64,000 bases of DNA from Gemmatimonadaceae bacterium (GTDB taxonomy: Bacteria > Gemmatimonadota > Gemmatimonadetes > Gemmatimonadales > Gemmatimonadaceae). Shown piece after piece: positions 30,676 to 40,112 of this stretch (position 1 is the stretch's first letter; each line of letters begins with the position of its first letter). The translations under genes were made by a program, and so were the position numbers. Location of the stretch: the NCBI GenBank assembly GCA_045803545.1, contig JBJMOW010000004.1, positions 960,001-1,024,000 of the forward strand. Direction: 5' to 3'. A model generated the notes under the pieces. It was not told the DNA's origin and did not search any database. It was given only the letters and a program-made list of their open reading frames with translations.

Positions 30676-31300
30676 GATTGAGGCGTTCGGACCAACAGCC
30701 ATTCCGGAGTTCGGATTAATTGAGGGCCGAGGGGTAGACCCGCAATCGAAGGGTAGTTGGCACGCGCGAAAGGTTCTTGAACGCTTGGGCGACCACATAG
30801 CTTAGCGGCGTGAGTCATAAGCTATCGCCCGTGAGTGCAGATACTTCGAACGACCCGCTGCTCAGAATGCGAGCTTACACTCTTGGCCAGGAGTTACTCG
30901 ACGTGGCCTGGGTGGATGCAAAAACACTGAGTGGTGACGCGCTCACAGAACAGATTTCCGGACAACTTTACGCAGCAATCGCTTCGATTTCTGCGAACAT
31001 TGGCGAGGGATATTCTCGCAGTTCCGGCAAAGATCGTTCGAGAATATTTGAGTACGCGCTCGGCTCGGTTCGTGAAGCGATGGTCTGGTACCGAGCAGCG
31101 AAGCCAGTCATTGGGGAGGTTTCGACCGAACGACTCAACAAGTTGGAAGAGATTCGGCGCATGCTTCTGGTCATAATCCCGCGAGAACGCGGCAAGACTA
31201 TTCGTCCAAAGAATCGCCCGGGCTTAACTAACTAAAGTTAGATCCTCGCCCCTCAATTAATCCGAACTCCGAACTGGCCGTTGGTCCGAACGCCTCAATC
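30676..31300. mobile_element. 625-bp inverted-repeat-bounded cassette carrying a four-helix-bundle gene (putative mobile element)
   Basis: Arms 30676-30732 and 31244-31300 are reverse complements at 53/57 positions; empty copies exist elsewhere in the window; mobility is inferred. Confidence 0.7.
30810..31235 (+). CDS. Four-helix-bundle protein (23S rRNA intervening-sequence protein / S23 family)
   Basis: QLYAAIASISANIGEGYSRSSGKDRSRIFEYALGSVRE fits the family signature QL..A..SI.ANI.EG..R.S.KD...F...A.GS..E. Confidence 0.9.
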   Translation: MSHKLSPVSADTSNDPLLRMRAYTLGQELLDVAWVDAKTLSGDALTEQISGQLYAAIASISANIGEGYSRSSGKDRSRIFEYALGSVREAMVWYRAAKPVIGEVSTERLNKLEEIRRMLLVIIPRERGKTIRPKNRPGLTN

Positions 31301-31712
31301 AAAACTGTACCTGATAATCCTCCCCGCCAATTTCCCTCTGCGATCTGCCCGTCGTCCTCGATCTGCAATCAAACGACTGTACCAACGCCATCAAGCGCTG
31401 CCTCTCCAACGGCAAAACCAAATGCGCCAAAGTCGCCCGCTGCAGCTTCGGCGGCAGAAAGAGATGCTCTCCATGCGATTTTCCGTAGACGATCAACGCG
31501 GCGTTAGTAGTGAGGGGAAGCGATGCGGCCTGACCGGCTTCCGTTACCTCCTCACTCGATACGACTACAACCTCGGTTTCGTCCGCGCGCATCATAGCTG
31601 CCGCGTCCGGGAGCGTTGCCGCGAACTCGACATCGTGACCGCAGCCGAGCAGGGTTTGCGCTAAGCCCTCGAGCAGCGCGACGTCGGCGCCGACGAGTAT
31701 CACCTTACACAT
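31299..31712 (-). CDS. Hypothetical protein, possibly a degenerate receiver-like fold
   Basis: KVILVGADVALLEGLAQTL..GHDV alpha/beta pattern without the conserved Asp residues. Confidence 0.6.
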   Translation of the reverse strand: MCKVILVGADVALLEGLAQTLLGCGHDVEFAATLPDAAAMMRADETEVVVVSSEEVTEAGQAASLPLTTNAALIVYGKSHGEHLFLPPKLQRATLAHLVLPLERQRLMALVQSFDCRSRTTGRSQREIGGEDYQVQF

Positions 31713-31831
31713 CGCAGCAAGCCTCAGCCATTCTTTGAATCGACTCGGGGTGAACTCTTGTGCGCCTCTACTACCTTTCGTGACGCGGGTCGCTCACGAT
31801 GCACACATTGCGCCGTGAGTGGTGCGCCCGC

Positions 31832-32422
31832 TCATACCAGTCGCAACAATCCTGACTGGATGATGCCGAGTAGGATGTAGGCGATGATCGGCGTGATGTC
31901 GAGCCCGCCAAGCACCGGAACTATTCGCCGCAGCGGCGACAGGATCGGCTCGCTCAGTCGGTAACTCCAGCTGACCCAGGGCGAGTAGGGAGAGATCGGG
32001 AGCCACGAGCTGATCACTCTCACGATCAGCGCAGTCTTGAGAATGGTGAACGTCCAACTCACCAGCAGCTGGAAGATGCCCGCGGAACCTGCCTCTGCGG
32101 CGTAAACCGACTTGACTACCTGGAGTCGAATAATGTCGACGACAGTCAGCAGCAAAATTCCACCGATCACGACAGCCGCCAATGCCCATAACGGTGCAGA
32201 TGCAGGGGCACCCCCCGCCCGCACTACTCGGCGCTCGATCGGCGCGATGAATGGATCGACAGTCGAGCGACAAAAGCGCGCGACTGAGTTGAACGGACTG
32301 ATTTTTCTGGTGCGCACTGCCCAGTCCAGCAGGCAGATGGCGCCGAATACGGCCGCGAGGGACAACAGCACGGTACGCAGTATTTGAAGCACTGCATCCG
32401 CGCCGTTCAGGAATGTCTCCAT
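31832..32422 (-). CDS. yggT: YggT family membrane protein
   Basis: Two YGGT repeats; SEPILSPLRRIVPVLGGLDITPI. Confidence 0.9.
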   Translation of the reverse strand: METFLNGADAVLQILRTVLLSLAAVFGAICLLDWAVRTRKISPFNSVARFCRSTVDPFIAPIERRVVRAGGAPASAPLWALAAVVIGGILLLTVVDIIRLQVVKSVYAAEAGSAGIFQLLVSWTFTILKTALIVRVISSWLPISPYSPWVSWSYRLSEPILSPLRRIVPVLGGLDITPIIAYILLGIIQSGLLRLV

Positions 32423-32439
32423 CTAGTGGAGAAGCTCCA

Positions 32440-34737
32440 TTACTGGAGAGTTGGCTTCATGTGCAGCTCTTTCACCAGGAATGCAAATCTATCAGCCGCT
32501 TCGTCGATCAGCTTGGTCGTCGGCCGTCCTGCGCCGTGGCCTGACTTGGACTCGATGCGCACCAGAATCGGGTTGTTGCAGCTCTGCGCCGCCTGCAACG
32601 TCGCGACGTACTTGAAGGTGTGACCCGGTACCACGCGATCGTCGTGATCGGCGGTGAACGCCAACGTCGGCGGATAGCAGGTGCCGGGCTTGATGTTGTG
32701 CAACGGCGAATAGGCGCGAAGATAGTTAAACGCGGTCGAATCGTCCGACGAACCGTAGTCAGATGTCCACGCCCAGCCGATTGTGAACTTCTGGAATCGC
32801 AGCATGTCCATCACGCCGACCTCGGGGAATGCCGCACCGAACAGGTCGGGCCGCTGATTCAGCACCGCGCCAATCAGCAAGCCCCCGTTAGACCCGCCGC
32901 GAATCGCCAGCTTGGGCGTGGAAGTGTACTTCTGGCTGATCAGATACACTGCGGCGCCGATGAAATCGTCGAACACGTTCTGCTTCTTCGCCAGCATTCC
33001 GCCCTCGTGCCACTCTTTGCCGTACTCGCCTCCGCCACGGAGGTTCGGCACCGCATAGATGCCTCCCATCTCCAGCCATTCGACGTTCGCCGGTGAGAAC
33101 GCGGGAGTGATCGAGATGTTGAACCCGCCGTAGGCATAGAGCAGCGTGGGATTGCTGCCATCGAGCGCGAGACCTTTCCTGGCTGTGATGAACATCGGCA
33201 CCCGTGTGCCGTCCTTGCTGTTATAGAAGACCTGCCGCGTCTCGTACGCGCTCGGATCAAAATCGACTTTGGGCGCGCGGAAGACCTGGTTTTGACGAGA
33301 CTTCAGATCGAAGCGATAGATCGTCGTTGGATAGAGGAACGACGTGAAGCTGTAGAACATCTCGTCGTCGCCCTGGCGGCCCTGAATCACATCAACGCTT
33401 CCGATGTCGGGGAGCTGTAGCTCGCCGCGCAAAGCAAATCCACCAATTGCCTGCGGACGCTCGCGCGTCACAATCGGCGCAGTGCTCGTGTCGTCGTAGA
33501 CACTGCCTGGATTACGTGGCCGCTGATCCTGCGGGTTGCGGGGGCGCTCGTCCCGCCTGGTGTCGCGGCCACCGCTGTAAAAGCGTACCGTCGAGTGCGC
33601 GTCCTGCAAATACTTCGCAGCGATGTCGTCGCCGACCGTCGTCGCGCTAACCAGCGCGTCCTTGCTCTCGGGAATGAGCGTCGTCCACCGCTCCTCCCGC
33701 GGATTCTCAATGCTGATCCCAATCACGCGACCCTTCGGCGCATTCTTGTCAGTGCGTACGTAGAAGATGGTGCCCCTGTTTCCAACGAAATCGTATTCGG
33801 CGTCCAGCTTGTCGATCAACCGCACGACCGGGTTGTCGATTTTCGGCTTGCCCGGGTTGTCGAGATCGATGAAGTAGAGGCGCGTTCTGACGTCCGTGCC
33901 CTGCGAAACGTTGATGATCAGGAACTGGCCGTCGTCGGAAACGGTGCCGTTGAACAGCCAATCCGGCTGGTCGGGACGATCGTACACGAGCTCGTCGCGC
34001 GACTGAGGCTGACCAACGCGATGGTAGTAGAGCTTATGGTCCTTGTTGGCGTTGGTCATCTTGTTGCCCGACGTCGGCTCGTCGTATCGCGAATAGAAAA
34101 AGCCGCGATTGTCGTGGGTCCAGGCGATGTTGGAGAATTTCACCCACTTCACAGTGTCGGACAGATCGCGACCGGTGGTAACGTCGCGCACGTGAATCTC
34201 CTGCCAGTCTGACCCACTGGTTGACAAGGCGTATGCGAGATAGTGCGCATCATCCGAAGCCGCCGTCCCGCCGAGCGCGACCGTACCGTCCGGGGAGAGC
34301 ACGTTCGGATCGAGCAGAACTCTCGGCCTCGCATCGCGGCCGTCCTGCACGAACAGCACGCTCTGATTCTGCAAGCCGGTGTTCTGGAAGTAGAAGTAGT
34401 GATCGCTTTCCTTGAACGGCGTCGAGTAACGCTCGTAATTCCACAGCTTCGTCAGTCGATTTTTGATCGCTGTCCGCTCTGGAATCGATGCCAGGAAGGA
34501 GTCGGTCAGCCGGTTTTCCGCCGCCACCCACGCCGCAGTCGCCGGTGCGTCTACATCTTCCAGTGATCGATACGGATCGGCGATACTGACACCGTGATAA
34601 ACATCGACTTGGGCACCCTTCGGCGCGGCTGGATAAGCGAGCGCCGGATTGGGAGCCGTTTGCGCTGTCGCGCCGGCAGCGATAACAAATAAAGAAACGA
34701 CGGGTGCAAGGCGCGCCCGGAAGCGGTGGCGATCCAT
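32440..34737 (-). CDS. Prolyl oligopeptidase (S9A), secreted
   Basis: ADPYRSLED, SGSDW, YGGFN, RGGGEYG, GGSNGGLL, DDRV and SGHG motifs. Confidence 0.95.
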   Translation of the reverse strand: MDRHRFRARLAPVVSLFVIAAGATAQTAPNPALAYPAAPKGAQVDVYHGVSIADPYRSLEDVDAPATAAWVAAENRLTDSFLASIPERTAIKNRLTKLWNYERYSTPFKESDHYFYFQNTGLQNQSVLFVQDGRDARPRVLLDPNVLSPDGTVALGGTAASDDAHYLAYALSTSGSDWQEIHVRDVTTGRDLSDTVKWVKFSNIAWTHDNRGFFYSRYDEPTSGNKMTNANKDHKLYYHRVGQPQSRDELVYDRPDQPDWLFNGTVSDDGQFLIINVSQGTDVRTRLYFIDLDNPGKPKIDNPVVRLIDKLDAEYDFVGNRGTIFYVRTDKNAPKGRVIGISIENPREERWTTLIPESKDALVSATTVGDDIAAKYLQDAHSTVRFYSGGRDTRRDERPRNPQDQRPRNPGSVYDDTSTAPIVTRERPQAIGGFALRGELQLPDIGSVDVIQGRQGDDEMFYSFTSFLYPTTIYRFDLKSRQNQVFRAPKVDFDPSAYETRQVFYNSKDGTRVPMFITARKGLALDGSNPTLLYAYGGFNISITPAFSPANVEWLEMGGIYAVPNLRGGGEYGKEWHEGGMLAKKQNVFDDFIGAAVYLISQKYTSTPKLAIRGGSNGGLLIGAVLNQRPDLFGAAFPEVGVMDMLRFQKFTIGWAWTSDYGSSDDSTAFNYLRAYSPLHNIKPGTCYPPTLAFTADHDDRVVPGHTFKYVATLQAAQSCNNPILVRIESKSGHGAGRPTTKLIDEAADRFAFLVKELHMKPTLQ

Positions 34738-34838
34738 AGATGCTAACCTGCTGGAGTTGGTGGTTATGATGTATCTCAATCTACGGTCTATCGACACTTA
34801 GGTTCCACTGTCGCCTACCAATGGAGGTGTTGCACTGA

Positions 34839-35345
34839 ATGGCAAAGGTTACTCAAGGCGCCCACAAAGACCGGCAATACTGGCTCCTCAAATCCGACGC
34901 GGACGCGTTTTCATGGGACGACTTCTGGAACGCGCCCAATCGAACCACGCACTGGGATGGCGTGCGGAATTTCCAGGCGCGGAACTACATGCGCGACGAG
35001 ATGAAGAAGGGCGATCTCGCTTTCTTCTATCACTCCGGTGGTGACAGTCCCGGCATCATCGGCATCGCCGAGATCGTGCGCGAGGGCTACCCGGACAGCA
35101 CCGCCATAGACCCCAAGGATCCCCATTACGACCCCAGGAGCAAAAGCGGGGAATCGCAGTGGTCGATGGTAGACATCCGGGCGGTCGAGAAGCTGCAGCG
35201 TGCCGTCACCCTGGCTGAGATGCGGATGCGTCCAGAGCTCCAGCACATGCCGCTGCTCCAGAAGGGCAATCGGCTGTCCGTCCAGAAGGTTGGCCCGGCC
35301 GAGTGGAACGCCGTCATTGCCTTGGCGAAGGAGACACCGGGTTAG
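34839..35345 (+). CDS. EVE domain protein
   Basis: YWLLKS, WDGVRNFQARNYMRD, GDLAFFYHS and RLSVQ. Confidence 0.93.
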   Translation: MAKVTQGAHKDRQYWLLKSDADAFSWDDFWNAPNRTTHWDGVRNFQARNYMRDEMKKGDLAFFYHSGGDSPGIIGIAEIVREGYPDSTAIDPKDPHYDPRSKSGESQWSMVDIRAVEKLQRAVTLAEMRMRPELQHMPLLQKGNRLSVQKVGPAEWNAVIALAKETPG

Positions 35346-35493
35346 CCAGGGCCGATGGTTCGATACGGTACGCAGCCGCGACCGCTCGCTGGCGGCTGCT
35401 ACTATAGTGTTGTTACCTGCGGGGGTTTTTGTTCTTCCCTCTGCTATGACCCTCTCAGCATCGCAGCTCCTGCCCCCCTTCGTCGGCTAACCC

Positions 35494-37572
35494 ATGGCCG
35501 GACCCGTCAAAGTCCTGGTGGCGGGATTGCCCGCGGAAATGGTTCGCGAGATCGGGCTAAGGCTCCGGGACATCACGATCAGCGAGTTCGACAACGCTCA
35601 GCAGATGGGGCGCGCCGCCGCGCACGGTGAAGCGCGGCTGGTAATTCTCAGCGACGCTCTTCCCACCGAAGACGCGATCTACGTCGCTCGCCGAGCCGAT
35701 GATGCGAGCGATGACATGCGCGTCGCTTTTCTCGTCGCCATGCAGCAGGCAGAAAACGCTCTTAGTGCGCTCAAGGACGCGCCCATCGATCGGTTCTTCC
35801 TCGTGCCTGTCGATACCGAGGAAATGCTCCGTGAGCTGGCGAAGATGGCGGGGGTCGAGGTGCTTCCGGCGGAGGCGTCGCACGCTGAGCACATCGCATC
35901 GGCGGTGTTCGCCGCCTGGGATCGCGTTAAGCCCGCGACCTTCCAGAAAATCGACAAACTCGACGACGCTGCGATTGCGCTGCTCGACAACAAGCTCGCT
36001 GATGAAGAAAAGTCATCAGCGACCCAGGAAGCGCTGGCCGTCGCCGAGGTCGCGACCCGATTTGGCTTCCCGAAAGCCGTCGGCGTCGCTCGCGAGCTGT
36101 CTGAGCGTTTTAGCAGTGGCTCGCTGTCGGCCGTCGATGGACTAGCAGTATCAGAGCAGCTGCTCGCGCTCCGTCAGCATCTCGCCGGTCAACCCACTCC
36201 GCCCGCGCCGAGTTCTGGCGATGGTGCTCGACTGACTCCGCCGCACATCGCCGCCGCCCTCGAAGAAGCGCAGCTGGAGGGCAAACGCATTCTCGTCGTC
36301 GACGACGAGCAGCTCGTCACTCGTGGACTTTCCTCTTTGCTCAGCCGACGCGGGCTCGTCGTGACTGCGCTCAACGACCCGCTGAAGTTCTGGACGGTAA
36401 TCGAGGAAGCGAAACCAAATCTGGTGCTGCTCGATCTCGAGATGCCGAAGATGAGCGGTGTCGAGCTCTGTCGTGTGATTCGGAACGATCGACGTTGGAG
36501 CGAGCTGCCGGTGATCTTCCTCAGCGGTCATACCGACCAGGTGAGTGTGCACCGGGTGTTCAGCGCCGGTGCCGACGATTACGTCGGCAAGCCGTTCGTG
36601 CCCGCCGAGCTGATGATGCGCATCGAGAGTCGGCTCACCGGGGTCAAAGCTCGCAAGGCTCCCGTGGAGACTGACCCGCTAACCGGACTCGCCGTGTCGA
36701 ACAAAGCGACCGAGCTGATGGATCGCTTCCTTCGGCTGGCGCGCCGCAAGTCGGATCCGTATTCGATCGCGGTGCTACAGATCGATGCGTTCGCCAACCT
36801 GTCGCAGAATTTTGGTCGCGCACTGACCGACAGCGTCCTGCGCGGAATCGGCGGATTGCTGCCGAAGACTTTCCGCGCTGAAGACGTGCCCGGTTGGTGG
36901 GGCGGTCCCGACTTCGTGGTCGGCATGTACGGGAGCCCCAAAGACGCCGCTGCAGTCAAGCTCACCCAAGTCTGCGCCAAGGTCGCCGAGCTGAATTTTC
37001 TTACTGAAGATGGGCGACGCGTCCACGTCTCGTGCAGCGGCGGCGTCGCGCAGTACCAGGTGGACGGCGACAATGTCACGGACCTGCGCGGCGAAGCGAT
37101 CAAGGCAATGGAGATGGCGAGAGAAATCGGCGGCACGCCGGTCGGCATTTCCGGCGTCCAGCAAATGGGCCCGATGACACGTCGCGTCGATGTCGCAATC
37201 ATCGACGACGATCCGGTGCTCGTCGCATTGCTTCAGCACGCGATGGAGAGTCGGAGCATGCGAGTGGCTGCCTATGGCGACGGTGAGACTGCGGTGGCTG
37301 CGCTTTCGGGCAAGTCTCCGGAGGTGCAGGCATCGATGATTCTGCTCGACGTCGATCTACCCGCACTCAACGGGATAGAAGTACTGCGACGCCTCAAGGC
37401 CGGCCCAATCAGCAAGCTGAGCAACGTCATCATGCTCACCGCTCGCACCGGTGAGCGCGATGTCTTGACCGCTCTCGAGATGGGAGCGACCGATCACATC
37501 ACGAAGCCGTTCAGCGTTCCGGTGCTGATGCACAAGCTTCGCGCGGCTCTAAAGCAGACTCAGACATGGTAA
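35494..37572 (+). CDS. Multidomain signalling protein: pseudo-REC, degenerate Hpt, REC, degenerate GGDEF, REC
   Basis: REC motifs (ILVVDDE..LLDLEMP..GADDYVGKP; LLDVDLP..GATDHITKP), TDPLTGL, and RAED-x5-GGPDF. Confidence 0.85.
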   Translation: MAGPVKVLVAGLPAEMVREIGLRLRDITISEFDNAQQMGRAAAHGEARLVILSDALPTEDAIYVARRADDASDDMRVAFLVAMQQAENALSALKDAPIDRFFLVPVDTEEMLRELAKMAGVEVLPAEASHAEHIASAVFAAWDRVKPATFQKIDKLDDAAIALLDNKLADEEKSSATQEALAVAEVATRFGFPKAVGVARELSERFSSGSLSAVDGLAVSEQLLALRQHLAGQPTPPAPSSGDGARLTPPHIAAALEEAQLEGKRILVVDDEQLVTRGLSSLLSRRGLVVTALNDPLKFWTVIEEAKPNLVLLDLEMPKMSGVELCRVIRNDRRWSELPVIFLSGHTDQVSVHRVFSAGADDYVGKPFVPAELMMRIESRLTGVKARKAPVETDPLTGLAVSNKATELMDRFLRLARRKSDPYSIAVLQIDAFANLSQNFGRALTDSVLRGIGGLLPKTFRAEDVPGWWGGPDFVVGMYGSPKDAAAVKLTQVCAKVAELNFLTEDGRRVHVSCSGGVAQYQVDGDNVTDLRGEAIKAMEMAREIGGTPVGISGVQQMGPMTRRVDVAIIDDDPVLVALLQHAMESRSMRVAAYGDGETAVAALSGKSPEVQASMILLDVDLPALNGIEVLRRLKAGPISKLSNVIMLTARTGERDVLTALEMGATDHITKPFSVPVLMHKLRAALKQTQTW

Positions 37573-38609
37573 ACGAGCATCTGCTCAACGTGATCATGCT
37601 GATCGAAGTCGGCCTGCTTGCGCTGGCCGTCGGTCTTTTCTTTTTGCACGGACTTTGGCTGCATTTCACCGCGCGCCGCGTAAAGCGGCTCTCCAAGGCG
37701 GGTCATGAGGCGCTCGCTCGACTGGTGAACCGCGGCCACGTCAGCCTGGAAGACGTGGAAGTGCTGAAGGCGATGCCTCCCGATGTTCAGACGATCACTT
37801 TCCTCGAGATCTCGCGCAGCGTCAGCGGAACTGGAAAGGAGCGTCTGAGCTTCGTTGCGCAGCAGGTCGGCGTCGTCGATCGGGCGCGCCTGCTTTGCCA
37901 TCACCGTTGGTGGACTCGACGGCTACGCGGCGCGCGTATCCTCTCGCGTCTGGGCGTGCCAGATCCACTGGTGCAGACACTGCTTGCCGATCCGCATCCC
38001 GCGGTCCGCGCGCAAGCGGCGGAGTGGGCAGCCACTCAGCCGTCGGTCGAAACGATTTCGTCGATGCTCGAGCTGCTCGCCGATCCCGCAACGCAGGCGA
38101 GATTTGCCGTGCAGAACGCATTGCTCCGCATGGGCAACGTCATTGCCGAACCCTTGGCGGCTTTTCTCGAGACCCACTCGGGTCGCTCTGCCGAGGCCGG
38201 ACTTCGTGTGGCTGAATCCGTCGCGGTGCCCGCCTTTCTTGGTGCCGCACTGCGACATTCGCGCGCTCAAGAACCGGGCGTGCGGGAAGCGGCGGCAAAA
38301 CTGCTCGGCGGCATCGCGGGTGCCGAAGCTGGGGCTCGTCTGATGGAGATGCTTGGCGACGGCGAATCGAATGTCAGAGCTGCAGCCGCGAGCGGGCTGG
38401 GAAGAATGCGTTACTGGCAGGCGGGGACGCTTCTCGCCGAAGGGCTGCGAGATCAGCGCTGGCGCGTGAGGCGTGAAGCAGGACTTGCCCTGCGTGGACT
38501 CGGCGCTGCCGGCACGCTGTTCCTGCGCCGCGCGCTGAAAGGCGACGATCGCTTCGCCGCAGATATGGCGGAGCAGGTGCTGGAGTTACCGGAGGCAGCC
38601 GCGGGATGA
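37566..38609 (+). CDS. Membrane-anchored HEAT-repeat protein
   Basis: N-terminal TM; repeated L.D....VR..AA..LG units. Confidence 0.85.
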   Translation: MVNEHLLNVIMLIEVGLLALAVGLFFLHGLWLHFTARRVKRLSKAGHEALARLVNRGHVSLEDVEVLKAMPPDVQTITFLEISRSVSGTGKERLSFVAQQVGVVDRARLLCHHRWWTRRLRGARILSRLGVPDPLVQTLLADPHPAVRAQAAEWAATQPSVETISSMLELLADPATQARFAVQNALLRMGNVIAEPLAAFLETHSGRSAEAGLRVAESVAVPAFLGAALRHSRAQEPGVREAAAKLLGGIAGAEAGARLMEMLGDGESNVRAAAASGLGRMRYWQAGTLLAEGLRDQRWRVRREAGLALRGLGAAGTLFLRRALKGDDRFAADMAEQVLELPEAAAG

Positions 38610-40060
38610 GCCAGCACATCGCGTCATTCGTAAATGTCTTCCTTCTCAAAGGCCAATTCGGCGTTTTACTGTATTTCCTCGGCGTCAATGGCTGGTACCT
38701 GATTCTGCTGGTAAGCTCGCTGCTGGAGCTTCGTCGTCACATGCTGCTGATCGCAGACGAGAGCCGGCATTTGCTACTCAGCTCGACACTTTCGCCGACG
38801 ATCTCGATTCTGGCGCCCGCTTACAACGAAGAAGCGACGATCGAGATAAGCCTGCGTGCGCTGTTAGCACTGCACTATCCGAGTCTGGAGGTCATCGTCA
38901 TCAGCGACGGGTCGAAAGACAAAACCGTGCAAGTGCTGATCGAGAAATTCGATCTGGTGCCGGTAAAGACGATTTACGAGCGGAAGATCGAGACGAAGCC
39001 CGTCCGCACACTTTACAGATCTTCGACTTATCCGGGTCTGGTGGTGGTCGACAAGGAGAATGGCGGCAAGGCCGACGCGCTCAACGTCGGCCTCAGCTTC
39101 GCGCGTGGCGAGCTGGTGTGCGCGATGGATGCTGACACGTTGATCGAGCAGGACGGTTTGCAGCGAATGGTACGTCCATTCCTGTACGCGACTGATGTTG
39201 TTGCGACGGGTGGAACGATCCGCGTCGTCAACGGCTCCCAGGTGAAACACGGTCGCGTCGAGAAAACGGCGGTGCCGACCAACCTTCTTGCCGGCGTTCA
39301 AGTGGTGGAATATCTGCGCGCATTTCTGTTCGGCCGACTCGGCTGGAACAGGTTGGGCGGCAACATCATCATCTCGGGCGCGTTTGGTTTGTTTCAGCGC
39401 GAGGCAGTTCTCAACGCCGGCGGCTATCTGCATGACACGGTCGGTGAGGACATGGAGCTCGTCGTTCGACTGAAGCGCCTGTCATATGAGAATGGTGGTC
39501 CCGGAAAAATCGCGTTCGTTCCTGATCCGGTGGCGTGGACCGAAGTGCCAGAGACTGCAAAGGTCCTGGGTCGTCAGCGCGATCGCTGGCACCGCGGATT
39601 GGCGGACGTGTTGTGGCGGCATCGCCGGATGCTTCTTAATCCGCGCTATGGTGTCACGGGGTTGGTTGTCTATCCGTACTACGCCTTCGTTGAGCTGCTG
39701 GCACCCGTGATTGAAGCGATCGGGCTTCTGGGATTAGCACTCGGTCTGATTTTTGGCGTAGTCGACTGGACCTTCGCCGGTCTGTTCTATCTCACTGCGT
39801 ACGGACTGGGAACCGCGCTGACCGCATTCACTCTGATTCTCGAGGACCTGAGCTTCCATCGCTACAACTCATTCCGCGACCGCGCATTGTTGTTCTGGTG
39901 GGCTTTGCTCGAGAACATGGGCTATCGCCAGCTCACGGTATGGTGGCGACTGCGCGGACTTTGGAAGTTCGTTCTCGGCAGAAAGGACTGGGGTGCAATG
40001 GAGCGCAAAGGATTTCAGACAGCACCCGCAGCGGTGAAGTCACCGGGCGCAGCCGCTTGA
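38606..40060 (+). CDS. GT2 processive glycosyltransferase (PgaC/IcaA-like)
   Basis: APAYNEE, DGSKD, GGKADALN, DAD, GED and QRDRW motifs; C-terminal TM segments. Confidence 0.92.
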   Translation: MSQHIASFVNVFLLKGQFGVLLYFLGVNGWYLILLVSSLLELRRHMLLIADESRHLLLSSTLSPTISILAPAYNEEATIEISLRALLALHYPSLEVIVISDGSKDKTVQVLIEKFDLVPVKTIYERKIETKPVRTLYRSSTYPGLVVVDKENGGKADALNVGLSFARGELVCAMDADTLIEQDGLQRMVRPFLYATDVVATGGTIRVVNGSQVKHGRVEKTAVPTNLLAGVQVVEYLRAFLFGRLGWNRLGGNIIISGAFGLFQREAVLNAGGYLHDTVGEDMELVVRLKRLSYENGGPGKIAFVPDPVAWTEVPETAKVLGRQRDRWHRGLADVLWRHRRMLLNPRYGVTGLVVYPYYAFVELLAPVIEAIGLLGLALGLIFGVVDWTFAGLFYLTAYGLGTALTAFTLILEDLSFHRYNSFRDRALLFWWALLENMGYRQLTVWWRLRGLWKFVLGRKDWGAMERKGFQTAPAAVKSPGAAA

Positions 40061-40112
40061 AACAGACCTGAAATGCTGCCATCTCTGGTCGGGGCTTACG
40101 ACCGGAGCGACA

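Noticed and set aside
30517..30818. Short ORFs around the IR arms sharing the peptide LVRTPQS (also 56001-56198, 31281-31664, 12912-13211)
   Set aside because: The shared peptide is just the translated repeat arm, and the ORFs overlap the riboswitch or real genes.
30810..31235. Diversity-generating retroelement, suggested by the Avd-like protein
   Set aside because: No reverse transcriptase and no template/variable repeat pair differing at adenines was seen in the window.
30676..31300. 23S rRNA intervening sequence
   Set aside because: The flanks are a protein-gene stop and the metH promoter, not rRNA.
34839..35345. EVE protein as part of a modification-dependent defence system
   Set aside because: Stand-alone EVE domain with no neighbouring nuclease or toxin; the context is housekeeping.
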